Part shown: positions 39,994-50,171 of the stretch, piece after piece
How the letters are laid out: every line of letters begins with the position of its first letter
How positions within the stretch are numbered: position 1 is the stretch's first letter
DNA from: a virus
Virus record (IMG/VR): IMGVR_UViG_3300028176_000002
Span: 32,497 to 96,496 of that record
Direction: 5' to 3' (one strand)
DNA length: 64,000 bases
The notes under the pieces: generated by a model
Databases searched by the model: none
What the model was told of the DNA's origin: nothing
The model's input: the letters and a program-made list of their open reading frames with translations, nothing else
Position numbers and translations under genes: made by a program

Positions 39994-40812
39994 TTAGAAT
40001 TTAAACTTACCAAATAATCCTACTCTATTATCACCTTTCCAGCCTTTACCAGCACCAATCATTATATCGAAATTATCTGTTATATTATATCCTACACCTA
40101 AATAACCACCTAAATTAGTTACAAAGGCATTGGCATTCCATTTAAACCATTTAAAGAAATCAATACCTGCACCACCTTCAAAACCTGCTTTAGATTCACC
40201 TAAACTTCCGCCAACAGTAACAAACGGTTTTAATCTAAATCCATATGGCTTTAATATTTTCTTTAATTCAGGTATATCCTTAACCTTTACAATTGCTACT
40301 ACTTTTCCGGTTTCTAAATTAACCCACTTTAATTCAGTAGAACCTTTTGTTTTTACTAATGCTAATACACTATTTGGAACTGGAATAGTAAATTCTGATT
40401 CTACGCTAATAACTAAATTAACTGGTTTTCCTGTATTACCTTTATAATAGCCATAACCCCATATAGCACTCAAGATAACCCCAACTATAATTAGTTTCCT
40501 TAGATTAAATATAGACGCAATATCTTTCATCCACAGAACAGGATTTTTAATATTAACTAAACCGGTAACTGCTTTTGTCGTGTTAAATGTTTCTGTAACT
40601 ACTGGAGTAACTGGGAATACTTCTTCATATACCGCTTTTGGAACTAAACCTTTTTCATATAGTTCTTTTATCTTGGCTTTATCTTCATCAGGAATAACTT
40701 TTACAACTGCTTCTTTAGCTTTGCCAAATATTTTATTCTTTAATACGATAAATAAAGTTCCTCCTACGATTCCTGATGCCACCATAATTATGTCTTTCAA
40801 TATTTCATTCAT
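39994..40812 (-). CDS. Membrane protein with C-terminal amphipathic beta-strands
   Basis: Two TM helices; C-terminal alternating Gly/aromatic strands ending in GKFKF. Confidence 0.55.
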   Translation of the reverse strand: MNEILKDIIMVASGIVGGTLFIVLKNKIFGKAKEAVVKVIPDEDKAKIKELYEKGLVPKAVYEEVFPVTPVVTETFNTTKAVTGLVNIKNPVLWMKDIASIFNLRKLIIVGVILSAIWGYGYYKGNTGKPVNLVISVESEFTIPVPNSVLALVKTKGSTELKWVNLETGKVVAIVKVKDIPELKKILKPYGFRLKPFVTVGGSLGESKAGFEGGAGIDFFKWFKWNANAFVTNLGGYLGVGYNITDNFDIMIGAGKGWKGDNRVGLFGKFKF

Positions 40813-41156
40813 AATATCTCCTTATAATGACCTATATTTATCAACTAATATTTTGACTAATACTGTTAATGCTATTACAAAAACTAATAACTCTAACCAA
40901 GTGAATGTATACATTATCCTACCGCCTTTTTAATTTTATCCAAATAAAACTCTAATGGTTTTAATTCTTTTAATTTAATAGGTAATTTAGTATTTGGATT
41001 AATAACTTCTTTTTTCCTATTCTCAACTAATTTATTATACCAATCAGTTACTTGGTCTACCTTTTGCTGATAAACTCCGGCACTTCTCTGTTTAACAGGA
41101 GTTTCTCTTCTTCTAGTTAATTGTTTTGTCATTTTACTTCTCCTTATTATAGGGCT

Positions 41157-41230
41157 GGGGAGATACTTGCCCTTATTTTTCTGACTTGCCAGCTCAACTT
41201 TAGCATTATGGTTGGAAGCAAGGTCTCCCC
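41157..41230 (-). ncRNA. Candidate ~74 nt structured RNA element
   Basis: GGGGAGA/TCTCCCC and CTTGC/GCAAG stems enclosing two small hairpins; intergenic and GC-rich. Confidence 0.45.
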
Positions 41231-41235
41231 GATAT

Positions 41236-42267
41236 CTATTTCTTTTCCGCTAAATCAACTGCATAAAAGAAGGTCGAAACTCTTGATTCATTAACTCCCC
41301 AAATTAATTGTATTGGTTCACTATGTTTAGCCATTGATTCGGATAAAGAATCTCCACCTACAAGAGATGCCCCTCTAAATACCCTTACTCCGTCAACATC
41401 ATTAAATCCAAAGTGATGCCAATGTCCATATACTACTGCTTCTACTTTATGCCTTCTAGCCCATTCATTAATCTTTGCCCTACCTGCCGGACTGTCGCAT
41501 TGTTCCGGGGCAATATGACGGATTAAATATCCGTGTCCTCGAATATCTAAAACCATATGTTCTGTTTCTGCAAATTTAATAGTTAATCTCGGATTCTTTA
41601 AAACTAATCTTGCCCAGAAATCCAAAATTAAATAAATCTGCAAATCCCAGTTAGAAGTTACATCTGTATCTTTTCCGGTTCTTCCGTGATTTCCTCTAAC
41701 ACCATAAAAAGTTACATTTAGTTTCCTATTTAATAGTGATGTAATTAATTTTGTAACTACATCAACTACTAACATAACTTGTTTTGGTGGGGCTAATTCC
41801 TGTTCATATGCTTGGGTAGCATATATGTTTTCTCCGTTCGCTTGGTCTCCGGTAGAAAGAATAACAACATCATTGATAGGCACACCCTTGCTAATATTGT
41901 TATCTAATAATTTTAGGATTTGTTCACAAAGAATATCTATTCTCTTTCTAAAAATATTTTCATCATATATAGTTTGACCTTCTTGGTCTGTTACAATTTT
42001 ACCTGCGTGTAAATCGCTAAGTTGAATAACTAAAGTATCTCCTTTAATATCTGCTTTAGTTTGTGGAGCAGATTTATAAGGTTGAACTTTTGAAAGTTCT
42101 TCTTTTAATAAATCATTAATTATCCCTGACAAATCTTGTTTCTTTTCTTTGCCAATAGGGGCTATGGGCAGTTGTTTATTCTTCTCTGTCCATTTATTAA
42201 AACAAATTCTACATCTCTTAGAATCTGCTCTGCTTAATTTTTCTCCACAATCTTGGCATTTATGCAT
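41236..42267 (-). CDS. Metallophosphoesterase/nuclease
   Basis: SDLHAG, TGD, GNHGR, GHWH. Confidence 0.85.
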   Translation of the reverse strand: MHKCQDCGEKLSRADSKRCRICFNKWTEKNKQLPIAPIGKEKKQDLSGIINDLLKEELSKVQPYKSAPQTKADIKGDTLVIQLSDLHAGKIVTDQEGQTIYDENIFRKRIDILCEQILKLLDNNISKGVPINDVVILSTGDQANGENIYATQAYEQELAPPKQVMLVVDVVTKLITSLLNRKLNVTFYGVRGNHGRTGKDTDVTSNWDLQIYLILDFWARLVLKNPRLTIKFAETEHMVLDIRGHGYLIRHIAPEQCDSPAGRAKINEWARRHKVEAVVYGHWHHFGFNDVDGVRVFRGASLVGGDSLSESMAKHSEPIQLIWGVNESRVSTFFYAVDLAEKK

Positions 42268-42268
42268 T

Positions 42269-42841
42269 TTAATCTCCTTTAATTATTTTATCATGCTTTT
42301 TCATATTATCTAAAGCCCATAATGGTTGTAGATTCGTATAATGAAAACATAGGGCTTGTTCTCCCGGCTTACTTAAATCGTAACTGTTACAGGGTCGAAT
42401 GTGGTCTATGTGCCACTTTCCATAGTTCGACCAGGACATTCCTTTAGAAAACTGTTTTTCTAAATAATATTTTAAAAATTCTATACTGCAATCTAATAAT
42501 TTTATTGCATTACCTGATTTAGTATTTCTTTTTAACGCTTTCGCTAATCTTGCACGCATACATTTCGCAATTCTATGATTTAAATCTGTTTTATATTTAA
42601 AATTCTGATATTTCCGATTATGCTCTTTGCTATTTTGATAACGGGCTTTTATTTCTTTAATGTGTAATTTATTATATTTTTGATGTTGTTTTAATTCTTT
42701 TACTTTGTTATTTATGTAATATTCTTTCCTCATTTTACTTTGACAGACTTTGCAATAGTAATTAAATCCATCTTTTTCTCTTTTGGATTTATAAAACTCA
42801 GTTGTATTTAATTCTCTTTTACAGCTTGGGCATTTTTTCAT
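42269..42841 (-). CDS. HNH-type endonuclease (NLQPLW family, copy 4)
   Basis: WHIDHIRPC...CFHYTNLQPLWALDN. Confidence 0.8.
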   Translation of the reverse strand: MKKCPSCKRELNTTEFYKSKREKDGFNYYCKVCQSKMRKEYYINNKVKELKQHQKYNKLHIKEIKARYQNSKEHNRKYQNFKYKTDLNHRIAKCMRARLAKALKRNTKSGNAIKLLDCSIEFLKYYLEKQFSKGMSWSNYGKWHIDHIRPCNSYDLSKPGEQALCFHYTNLQPLWALDNMKKHDKIIKGD

Positions 42842-42869
42842 AGTTACCTCATCTTAAACCTTTATACTA

Positions 42870-42893
42870 AAGTATACCATAAATACTCCGCAA
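42870..42893 (-). promoter_or_regulatory. GCGGAG-N9-TATACT promoter (copy 3)
   Basis: TTGCGGAGTATTTATGGTATACTT, immediately after the sigma-like gene. Confidence 0.7.
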
Positions 42894-42898
42894 AATTT

Positions 42899-43564
42899 TT
42901 ATTCAACATACTTTTTCTTTAATCCTTGCAAAATTTGTTTTACTCTTTGTTTTGTAACCCCAATTATACGAGCTATTTCTGTCTGTTTTATGTTACCATT
43001 TTCCTGAAATAAATTTATTATTTTTATTTCATTTTCATTCAAATTTTCGAACATATCTGTAAAATTCTCATCTGCCACGGATTTTTCCTGTGGAATATCA
43101 TCAATTAAAGATTTCTCTTTTCCTGTGTCATCAACTACATTCATTGAGTTAAATTTTAGGTAATTAAAGAATTTATTTTTCCTAGCGAATTTTGGTGTCC
43201 AATTCCAAATCGCAGCGAATAAATATGTTTCAAAAGATTCTGTCGGTTTATATTTTTTAAGAATTCTAATTACCTCAATTGCAAGTTCTTGTTCAACATC
43301 TTCTAATTCTGTCTGCTTAGTATCTACTAATCTAAAATTATGTTCATACACCGGAGTTTTCTTTCCGTCTAATGCTTTAATATGCCCTGTAAGTTTTCCT
43401 TCGTGAAAAGTTTTCTGATAATAAACAAAAGAAGCTTTCTGTTTTAAAATATGTTTTAATAATTTAAATATCTTAACTAAAATAGTCTTATCTTTAGTTT
43501 CAATATATTCTTTGGCTAGTCTGTCTAATTCAGGATTCATTCGAGTATATCCTCCGGCATACAT
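42899..43564 (-). CDS. Sigma70-family-like factor
   Basis: Region-2-like EDVEQE...KY....SFETY and region-4 HTH QTEIARIIGVTKQRVKQI. Confidence 0.75.
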   Translation of the reverse strand: MYAGGYTRMNPELDRLAKEYIETKDKTILVKIFKLLKHILKQKASFVYYQKTFHEGKLTGHIKALDGKKTPVYEHNFRLVDTKQTELEDVEQELAIEVIRILKKYKPTESFETYLFAAIWNWTPKFARKNKFFNYLKFNSMNVVDDTGKEKSLIDDIPQEKSVADENFTDMFENLNENEIKIINLFQENGNIKQTEIARIIGVTKQRVKQILQGLKKKYVE

Positions 43565-43856
43565 TCTTTATCGCTTTCTAATTCGAATAATCGCTGTTTT
43601 AAATTCGCAATCTCATCTTTTAATTTATGGTCTTTATCTCTAATAAACCCTAAATCCTCTATCATTAATCTATAAGCAGTAAGTCTATCTTCCATTTTTT
43701 GCCCGGATTCCATAGCCAGGAGTAATAATACTCTCATCTTAGTTAAAATGTCAACCAGAGCCTTCCTGTCGTTAAATACAAGGCTCAGATTGCCTATGTC
43801 GACAATCAAATCGTCGAGTTCCCTATGAATTGAACAAATTGATTTCTTTTCCATTT

Positions 43857-44516
43857 TTATATTTCTCCAACTCTATTACTTTTTGAAAGATTATCTTTCG
43901 CCCATAATGGTTGAAGGTTTGTATAATGAAAACATTTACGCTGTTCGTCAGGTTTACTAAGGTCAAAACTGGAACATGGAATTATGTGGTCTATATGCCA
44001 ACCATATAAACCATGATTATCCCAAGTCATTCCTACTATAAATTTACTCTCTAAATATTTTTTCAAAAATTCTACTGAACAACTAAGTAATTTCACGGTT
44101 GATTTTGATTTAAAATTATGTTTTAAAGCGTGTATTATTCTTGTTCTTAAATTACATAAAATTTTAAAACGAATATCGGTTTTTGCTTTATTATACATGT
44201 AAAAGTTTATTTCTTTTCTATGTGTTTTCCGATAGTTTTTGCGAAATTTTAGTATTTTTTGTCTATTTTTTAAATAATAATCTTTTTGATATTTTTTATC
44301 ATGTCGTTTGACTTTGGGTCTAGCTCGATATTTTTTATGAGCTTCTTTAACGCTGGGTCTAGCATAATATTCCTTAATTTTATTTTTATTAATTGAACGA
44401 TATTCTTTCCGACAATCTTTACACCATAATTGAAATCCGTCGTTATTTCGTTTACATCTGTCAAAATAATTTACGTCCTTATCTGTTTTGCATTTAGGAC
44501 ATTTTTTAATATTCAT
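43857..44516 (-). CDS. HNH-type endonuclease (NLQPLW family, copy 5)
   Basis: WHIDHIIPCSSFDL...NLQPLWAKDN. Confidence 0.8.
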   Translation of the reverse strand: MNIKKCPKCKTDKDVNYFDRCKRNNDGFQLWCKDCRKEYRSINKNKIKEYYARPSVKEAHKKYRARPKVKRHDKKYQKDYYLKNRQKILKFRKNYRKTHRKEINFYMYNKAKTDIRFKILCNLRTRIIHALKHNFKSKSTVKLLSCSVEFLKKYLESKFIVGMTWDNHGLYGWHIDHIIPCSSFDLSKPDEQRKCFHYTNLQPLWAKDNLSKSNRVGEI

Positions 44517-45068
44517 TTAAGTTCCTCTATTTATAAAATATTAAAGCATTAACTATTAATAATAAAATACCAATTAATTTGCCTTTAATATCCGGTGTCT
44601 GCAAAGATAAACCTAAATACCCTATTAACATCATTATATAGAAAAGTTTATATATCATTCTATCTCCTTTACAATCTTACACGTTCTTTTTAAAACTAAA
44701 ATTTTATTCTTAGGGTATGTTCTTTTTAATAATTTTAAAGTCTGATTAACTTTATTAAAAGAAAATATAGATTTAGTCAACATTCTCAATCCATACTTCT
44801 TCCTATTATCCGGGGTCGCTATTAAATACCAAGTATTCATTAGTTTCTCCTTAACTACTCATTCCTAAAAATATCTGACCTTTTTCTCTTACATCTGCGT
44901 ATATACCATATTCTAATTTTTGAGTTGCATAATTAAATTTTCCATCTACTCTTATGGAATGAATCTCTAAATCTGGAAATATAGAAATAAATTCCTCGAC
45001 TACTGCCCTTATTTCCATATTTAATGCATTACTACCTCCAATTATTCTAATTGACATTTTATTTCCTC

Positions 45069-45890
45069 CTATCCCACCTTATTTCTGTAAGTATCTGATA
45101 TAGTTTTTTCATCAGGATTTATATATATCATAGTGGTCGCTATGGAACTATGCCCCAAAAGTTTGCTCACAGTATTCATATCTACCCCTTTATTAAATAG
45201 TAAATTCCGGGCAAAGCTATGTCTTAGTAAATGCAAGTAACAATTTCTACCCAAATACTTAGCCATAATCTTTGGCAAGTATTTTAATTGTTTTTCAGTA
45301 ACATTGAAAGCATTAGTAACTTCTTTTTCTCCTGCAAAATACTCTAATAATTCTTTTGATACTTTAGAAGTAAAACAGATTATCCTCTGTTTACTGCCCT
45401 TACCATTTACCCTTGCTGAATTATTTTCTAAATCAAAATCTGCTCTTTTTAAATCTAAAATCTCTTGCTTTCTGCAACCGCTATAATAACAAAAATGTAA
45501 TAATACCTTTAATTTAGTCGAGTTCATTAGTCTGCCCGATTTGTGCGTAATCATTTGAGCTATAACCTTATCTAATTCTTCTTCCCTAATATAGTTTGGT
45601 ATGTTCCTTTCAGATTTAATTAATTTTACTTTGCTCCATTCATTATTTTCTTTTGGCAGCGACAAAAATTCATTGTAATAATTTCTCCCGGCTCTGATAA
45701 AATGATTCTTGCTATTAACTTTATAATTATTTTCGGTAAAAAATTGCGTTATAGTTTCTTGCGTAAATGTTTCTAACCCTTTGGTCTGCAAATAATTAAG
45801 CCATATCCTAATAACATTATGATAATTAATGCTAAGAGAACGAGCAACTAAGTATTCTTTGTATTTAATTAACTGTTCTGCGATTATCAT
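45069..45890 (-). CDS. XerC/D-like tyrosine recombinase
   Basis: GCR..E, GKG.K.R, HLLRH, LGH, TMIY. Confidence 0.9.
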   Translation of the reverse strand: MIIAEQLIKYKEYLVARSLSINYHNVIRIWLNYLQTKGLETFTQETITQFFTENNYKVNSKNHFIRAGRNYYNEFLSLPKENNEWSKVKLIKSERNIPNYIREEELDKVIAQMITHKSGRLMNSTKLKVLLHFCYYSGCRKQEILDLKRADFDLENNSARVNGKGSKQRIICFTSKVSKELLEYFAGEKEVTNAFNVTEKQLKYLPKIMAKYLGRNCYLHLLRHSFARNLLFNKGVDMNTVSKLLGHSSIATTMIYINPDEKTISDTYRNKVG

Positions 45891-46360
45891 AATATCCTCA
45901 CAAATTTATAAATCTTGTTATCACTAAATTGATGTGTAATTCTTTTAACCTTAGCTGGATAATTGCCTACATTACCCTCAATGCTGATAAAACTATCCTT
46001 ATTAATCTTCTCAATTATGCCTATATGCCCACCACCTTGACGATTAAAAATAACTAAGTCTCCACTTTTGAGTTCTTTAATTGATAATAGTTTACCATAG
46101 TCTACAAAACTTTTTGCTCTTAATAAATACGGAATCTTATTTCCATTCTTCTTTAAACAATAAGAAACAAATCCGGCACACCACGGAAGATTAGTTTGTC
46201 AGTTTAAATATTGCTCAACATAAATACCTTTATTATTTCCACCAAGTTCTCCATTACCTATTTCGTTTCGTGCAATAGTAACTAAATCTGCTCTAGCCAA
46301 AGTAAATAAACAGAAGATTGTGAGTATCGCTATAATTATACATTCAATTATTTTTCTCAT
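45887..46360 (-). CDS. Secreted CHAP peptidoglycan hydrolase with one in-frame TGA (codon 54); readthrough or pseudogene
   Basis: Manual translation: signal peptide...YLN*QTNLPWCAGFVSY...GDLVIF...GHIGII...IEGN; ATGA overlaps with both neighbours. Confidence 0.8.
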
Positions 46361-47349
46361 TTTAACTCCTGCAATAATTTTTTACCTAAATCAGTAATAA
46401 CCCTACCTCTACTTAATCGGGAAATGTATTTTTCCATAATCAAGAATGGTTCTTGTAGGGTCATATAGTCTTGCTTTGTGGTCTGCGTAATGATTGCTAA
46501 TACTTCTGCCCCAACTGGTTTATTTATCTCTGCTAAATGCTCTAATACAATTAAATCATTTGTAGTTAAAGAATTTTTTATAACTTGATGAGCATTTAAA
46601 ACTTTTTTCATATCTTTACAGATTACGAGGTCGTCAAAATAGTTAATCGCTATTCTTGGAGTATAACGAGTATTAACTGAAAGTAAATCATAATCTTCTT
46701 CATAGATATTTAATTTATATAATTGGTCGTTATATTGTTTTAATATGGCTTTAATATCTTCTGCGGAATAATGTTCAAGGTTTACACTCTGACATCTATC
46801 AATCATAGGGGCTAATCTCTTTTGCAGTATGTTCTTATCTGTGGTTGCCCCTATGAAGATAAATGGTTTTACTTTTAGATTACCAACAGGCAATAAGAAG
46901 TCCTCTAATAAAGGATACATAAATTCGCCTAATGATTTTTCTAATCCGTGGATTTCGTCTACAAATAATATTTGTGTTTTTTTAGCATCTGCGTTTTTTA
47001 CTAAAAATTGAATTAAATTTTCTTGTGTAAATGACCCGGCTACATAAGTAGAGATTTCATATTCTAATTCATTTCCGATAATATAAGCCAATGTAGATTT
47101 TCCTGTTCCTTTGCTTCCACTAATAATAAAATGAACTGGTTTAATTTCTTTTATTTTTTGCAAATTAATATTAATTAATTCTTTAGCCCGGGATTGCCCT
47201 ATATATTGTAATAGGGTCTTGGGTCTAAATGAATATATCTTAGGTTTAATCTGTTCAGAATGATAGGATTCTTCCTTAGAAACAATCCCTAACTTGTCCT
47301 TACCCCATTCTAATAATTGACTAATACCCAATATGTCTAAAAAGTCCAT
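46357..47349 (-). CDS. ruvB: RuvB-like Holliday junction helicase
   Basis: RPKTL..YIGQ, GTGKST, FVDEIH, GATT, TPR, EPFL...RGR. Confidence 0.85.
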   Translation of the reverse strand: MDFLDILGISQLLEWGKDKLGIVSKEESYHSEQIKPKIYSFRPKTLLQYIGQSRAKELININLQKIKEIKPVHFIISGSKGTGKSTLAYIIGNELEYEISTYVAGSFTQENLIQFLVKNADAKKTQILFVDEIHGLEKSLGEFMYPLLEDFLLPVGNLKVKPFIFIGATTDKNILQKRLAPMIDRCQSVNLEHYSAEDIKAILKQYNDQLYKLNIYEEDYDLLSVNTRYTPRIAINYFDDLVICKDMKKVLNAHQVIKNSLTTNDLIVLEHLAEINKPVGAEVLAIITQTTKQDYMTLQEPFLIMEKYISRLSRGRVITDLGKKLLQELK

Positions 47350-47368
47350 AAATTATCCTTTCTAATGT

Positions 47369-47392
47369 AAGTATAACATAAATTCTCCGCTA
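47369..47392 (-). promoter_or_regulatory. GCGGAG-N9-TATACT promoter (copy 4)
   Basis: TAGCGGAGAATTTATGTTATACTT. Confidence 0.7.
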
Positions 47393-47981
47393 AATTTATC
47401 TAAACGATAAAATCTAATCATTCGTCCTTCCAAAAATTTTCCCAATTTAAGTCCCAAGTGTAACCTAATAAATGACCTTTTCCACAACTTACACTTTCTT
47501 CGCACAAAACATTAATATAAACCTCTATATAGGGGTCATAATATCTATTACAATGGTAACAATATATACCCAATATATAATTAAATTTCATTTTAATCCT
47601 CACATAAATACGATTTATTGGTGTGAGGTTGAATATCATTTTTTATCATACCTCTACCCCAATAATCCCTCATTTTTCTTTTTGCGTCATTAAATCGTCT
47701 TTCTTCTTTCGTCTGTGTAGGAATCTTTATTCTTCCCCCATTCTTGTCCAAATATTCTCTAATCTTTACCGCATTATCAATCACATCAAGGGCAGTATAA
47801 TATTCCATATCTCCTCTGCTGACCTTTTTCTGTAATCTTGCTTCCGCAAAATCAAATATATTTCCTATCTCGATAAATTTTTTCGTGTTCATTATTTCCT
47901 CGCTTTCTCATCTATGCTGAATTGAATTATGCTTGTAATCTGTTCATATTGTAATGCACTTATCCAACCCCGATTACCTAC

Positions 47982-49166
47982 TTAAAACCCCCCGTTAACC
48001 GCTAACTGCCCTTGTGTTATGCTTATTGACCTCACTACACCCTTTTTATCAATCGTTCGTTCAATTATCGTCGCCCCACCTACTTTTTGTTCCAATCTAT
48101 CTAATCTAGCATTAATTTTCTTATTCTCCCTATCCAAATAAGAATTGCCAATAGGGATAACTACATTCAATCCTACTTCGCTACAAACATTTCTTCCTAC
48201 ATTATATTCTCCATATACACCTATCTCTAAATGCTTTTCTCGAATAAATTTTACTTCTGTTCTAACAATATACTGCGTTCTCTCGAGTTTACTTACTCTA
48301 TTACTCACATCATCAACCCTATTATTTAACTGATTATCTGCTGTGGCTCTTGTCGTTGCTTCATTATTAATATTGTTTTGTAAATTAACATCTCTACTTT
48401 GACTATTATTATCTACTATATTGATATTGTTTTGTAACTTTTTATCTCCCAATATCCTTGCTGTTTTTTCTGTCTTATCTGCTGACTTCCTTTCGTTTGT
48501 TTCTGTGTTTATGTTATTCTGTAAAGTTTTATCTGCACTCTTGCGGTTTTTAGTTTCATTTATTATCTTATTGTCTAACTTAGTATCTGCTTGTTTTCTT
48601 TGTTTAGTTTCTTTATCAATATTATTTTGTAATTTATTATCTGCTGTCTTTCGTTGCTTAGTTTCTACATTTATTCTATTGTCTAATCTAATTACTTCTG
48701 CCGGGTCAAAATCTAACCCATTATCTCCCTTGTCGCCCTTATCCCCTTTATCTCCTTTTAATCCGTCTAAACCATTCGTTCCGTCAACTCCATTAAAACC
48801 TTGCAAACCTTGAATCCCCGGGTCGCCTTTAAGTCCCTGTAAACCCTGTTCTCCTTTGTCGCCCTTAACACCATTGATTCCATTCGTTCCGTTAGTCCCG
48901 GCTATCCCTTGTATTCCCGGTATACCTTGTAACCCGGTATCTCCTTTTTCCCCTTTCAAAAAACTCGGGTCTGTCCAAACTCCTTGATGTTTATTATCTG
49001 AATTTACTAATATATAACCCCTTTTTCCGTTTCCTGTGTCGGTAACATTGTCGTCATCTTTTGCAAAACCATTTGTTAATCCTAACATCAATAATGCGAT
49101 TACCATTAACCCTAGTATGAATAATACTTTATCATACTTTTTTACAAATTCATTTAACTTTAACAT
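47982..49166 (-). CDS. Exported collagen/coiled-coil protein with beta-strand C-terminal domain
   Basis: Signal peptide, GXY repeats, 18-aa ET..RK.AD..LQNNI repeats. Confidence 0.7.
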   Translation of the reverse strand: MLKLNEFVKKYDKVLFILGLMVIALLMLGLTNGFAKDDDNVTDTGNGKRGYILVNSDNKHQGVWTDPSFLKGEKGDTGLQGIPGIQGIAGTNGTNGINGVKGDKGEQGLQGLKGDPGIQGLQGFNGVDGTNGLDGLKGDKGDKGDKGDNGLDFDPAEVIRLDNRINVETKQRKTADNKLQNNIDKETKQRKQADTKLDNKIINETKNRKSADKTLQNNINTETNERKSADKTEKTARILGDKKLQNNINIVDNNSQSRDVNLQNNINNEATTRATADNQLNNRVDDVSNRVSKLERTQYIVRTEVKFIREKHLEIGVYGEYNVGRNVCSEVGLNVVIPIGNSYLDRENKKINARLDRLEQKVGGATIIERTIDKKGVVRSISITQGQLAVNGGF

Positions 49167-49317
49167 TTTACTCCTCCTTAATTATTCTGCTATTCTGATT
49201 AATAAATCCCCTATTACCACCAAAACAAAACAACTCGGAACAATTACACTATAACAATCTGCTAAAATATAAGTAAATCCAACGCAACCCACTAAATACA
49301 ATGCAAATCCTAATAAC

Positions 49318-49815
49318 TTAACCATTGTTCCTCCTTTTTAATTTTTCCTTAAACCATTTATAATACTTTTTAATTTCTTTCTTTTCTACTAAATATCTAT
49401 AAGCCCATTTATGCAAATATTGATGAGTTTTAGGTTGTAAATATAAAATATTTCTCTTTTTATTATTCTGTTTATCTAAATCTATATGGTGTTTTTGAAT
49501 TGTCGTTCTTAACTTTTCTTTATGTTCTTCGGTTAAATGGTGTCCTTTAGAATTGATTGGCTTTCCTTTTAGCCATAAGGTTGCTCTGCCTTTCATTTTT
49601 TTACTCATAAATCTTTTCTGTTTTTCTGAACATTTAATTCCAGTTCTGTTTTTGCTGATTTTCATTTTAGTTTTTAAAGATAATTTTTTTCCTTTATTAT
49701 AAGATGAATGAGTTTTAAAATATTTTTTTAAAGTTCGTCTAATCTTATTTTTTATTCTTTCGGTATGTATATGCCCTTTTTTAAAAGATGTTATGTTCTT
49801 TTTAGTTCCAACCAC
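49318..49815 (-). CDS. NUMOD3-type HNH endonuclease
   Basis: Basic KGKKLS..TK.KIS repeats; HHID...NN...N.......H..LH. Confidence 0.7.
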   Translation of the reverse strand: MVGTKKNITSFKKGHIHTERIKNKIRRTLKKYFKTHSSYNKGKKLSLKTKMKISKNRTGIKCSEKQKRFMSKKMKGRATLWLKGKPINSKGHHLTEEHKEKLRTTIQKHHIDLDKQNNKKRNILYLQPKTHQYLHKWAYRYLVEKKEIKKYYKWFKEKLKRRNNG

Positions 49816-50171
49816 TAGACACCTCCAATCGAATTGTAAATTTCTTTCCTAATCTATAAAAACTAAATCTAAACCACCCTAACTGCCATACTTCGTGGAT
49901 ATAGACATTTTTTTTAATCTTAATTATCGGTATTCCTCTTATTCCTTTACACCCCTTAATTCCTTTCATTTTAGTTCTCCTTTATAATGGGTCATAATGA
50001 TATTTAGTTTCAAATTCACGCAATACTTTTTTTAACTGATACTCATTACGTTCTATATATCTAAATTTAAAAACTTTTAATAAATCTATTGCTTCTTGCT
50101 TCCTACCTAATCTTTCTAATTGTTCAGTATCTTGCCATAAATCAATATCATTAGCCATATTATATTCCTTT

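Noticed and set aside
45069-45890. Recombinase as a prophage integrase marking an att boundary
   Set aside because: Short Xer-like protein embedded in an operon, with phage genes on both sides and no att site or host genes seen.
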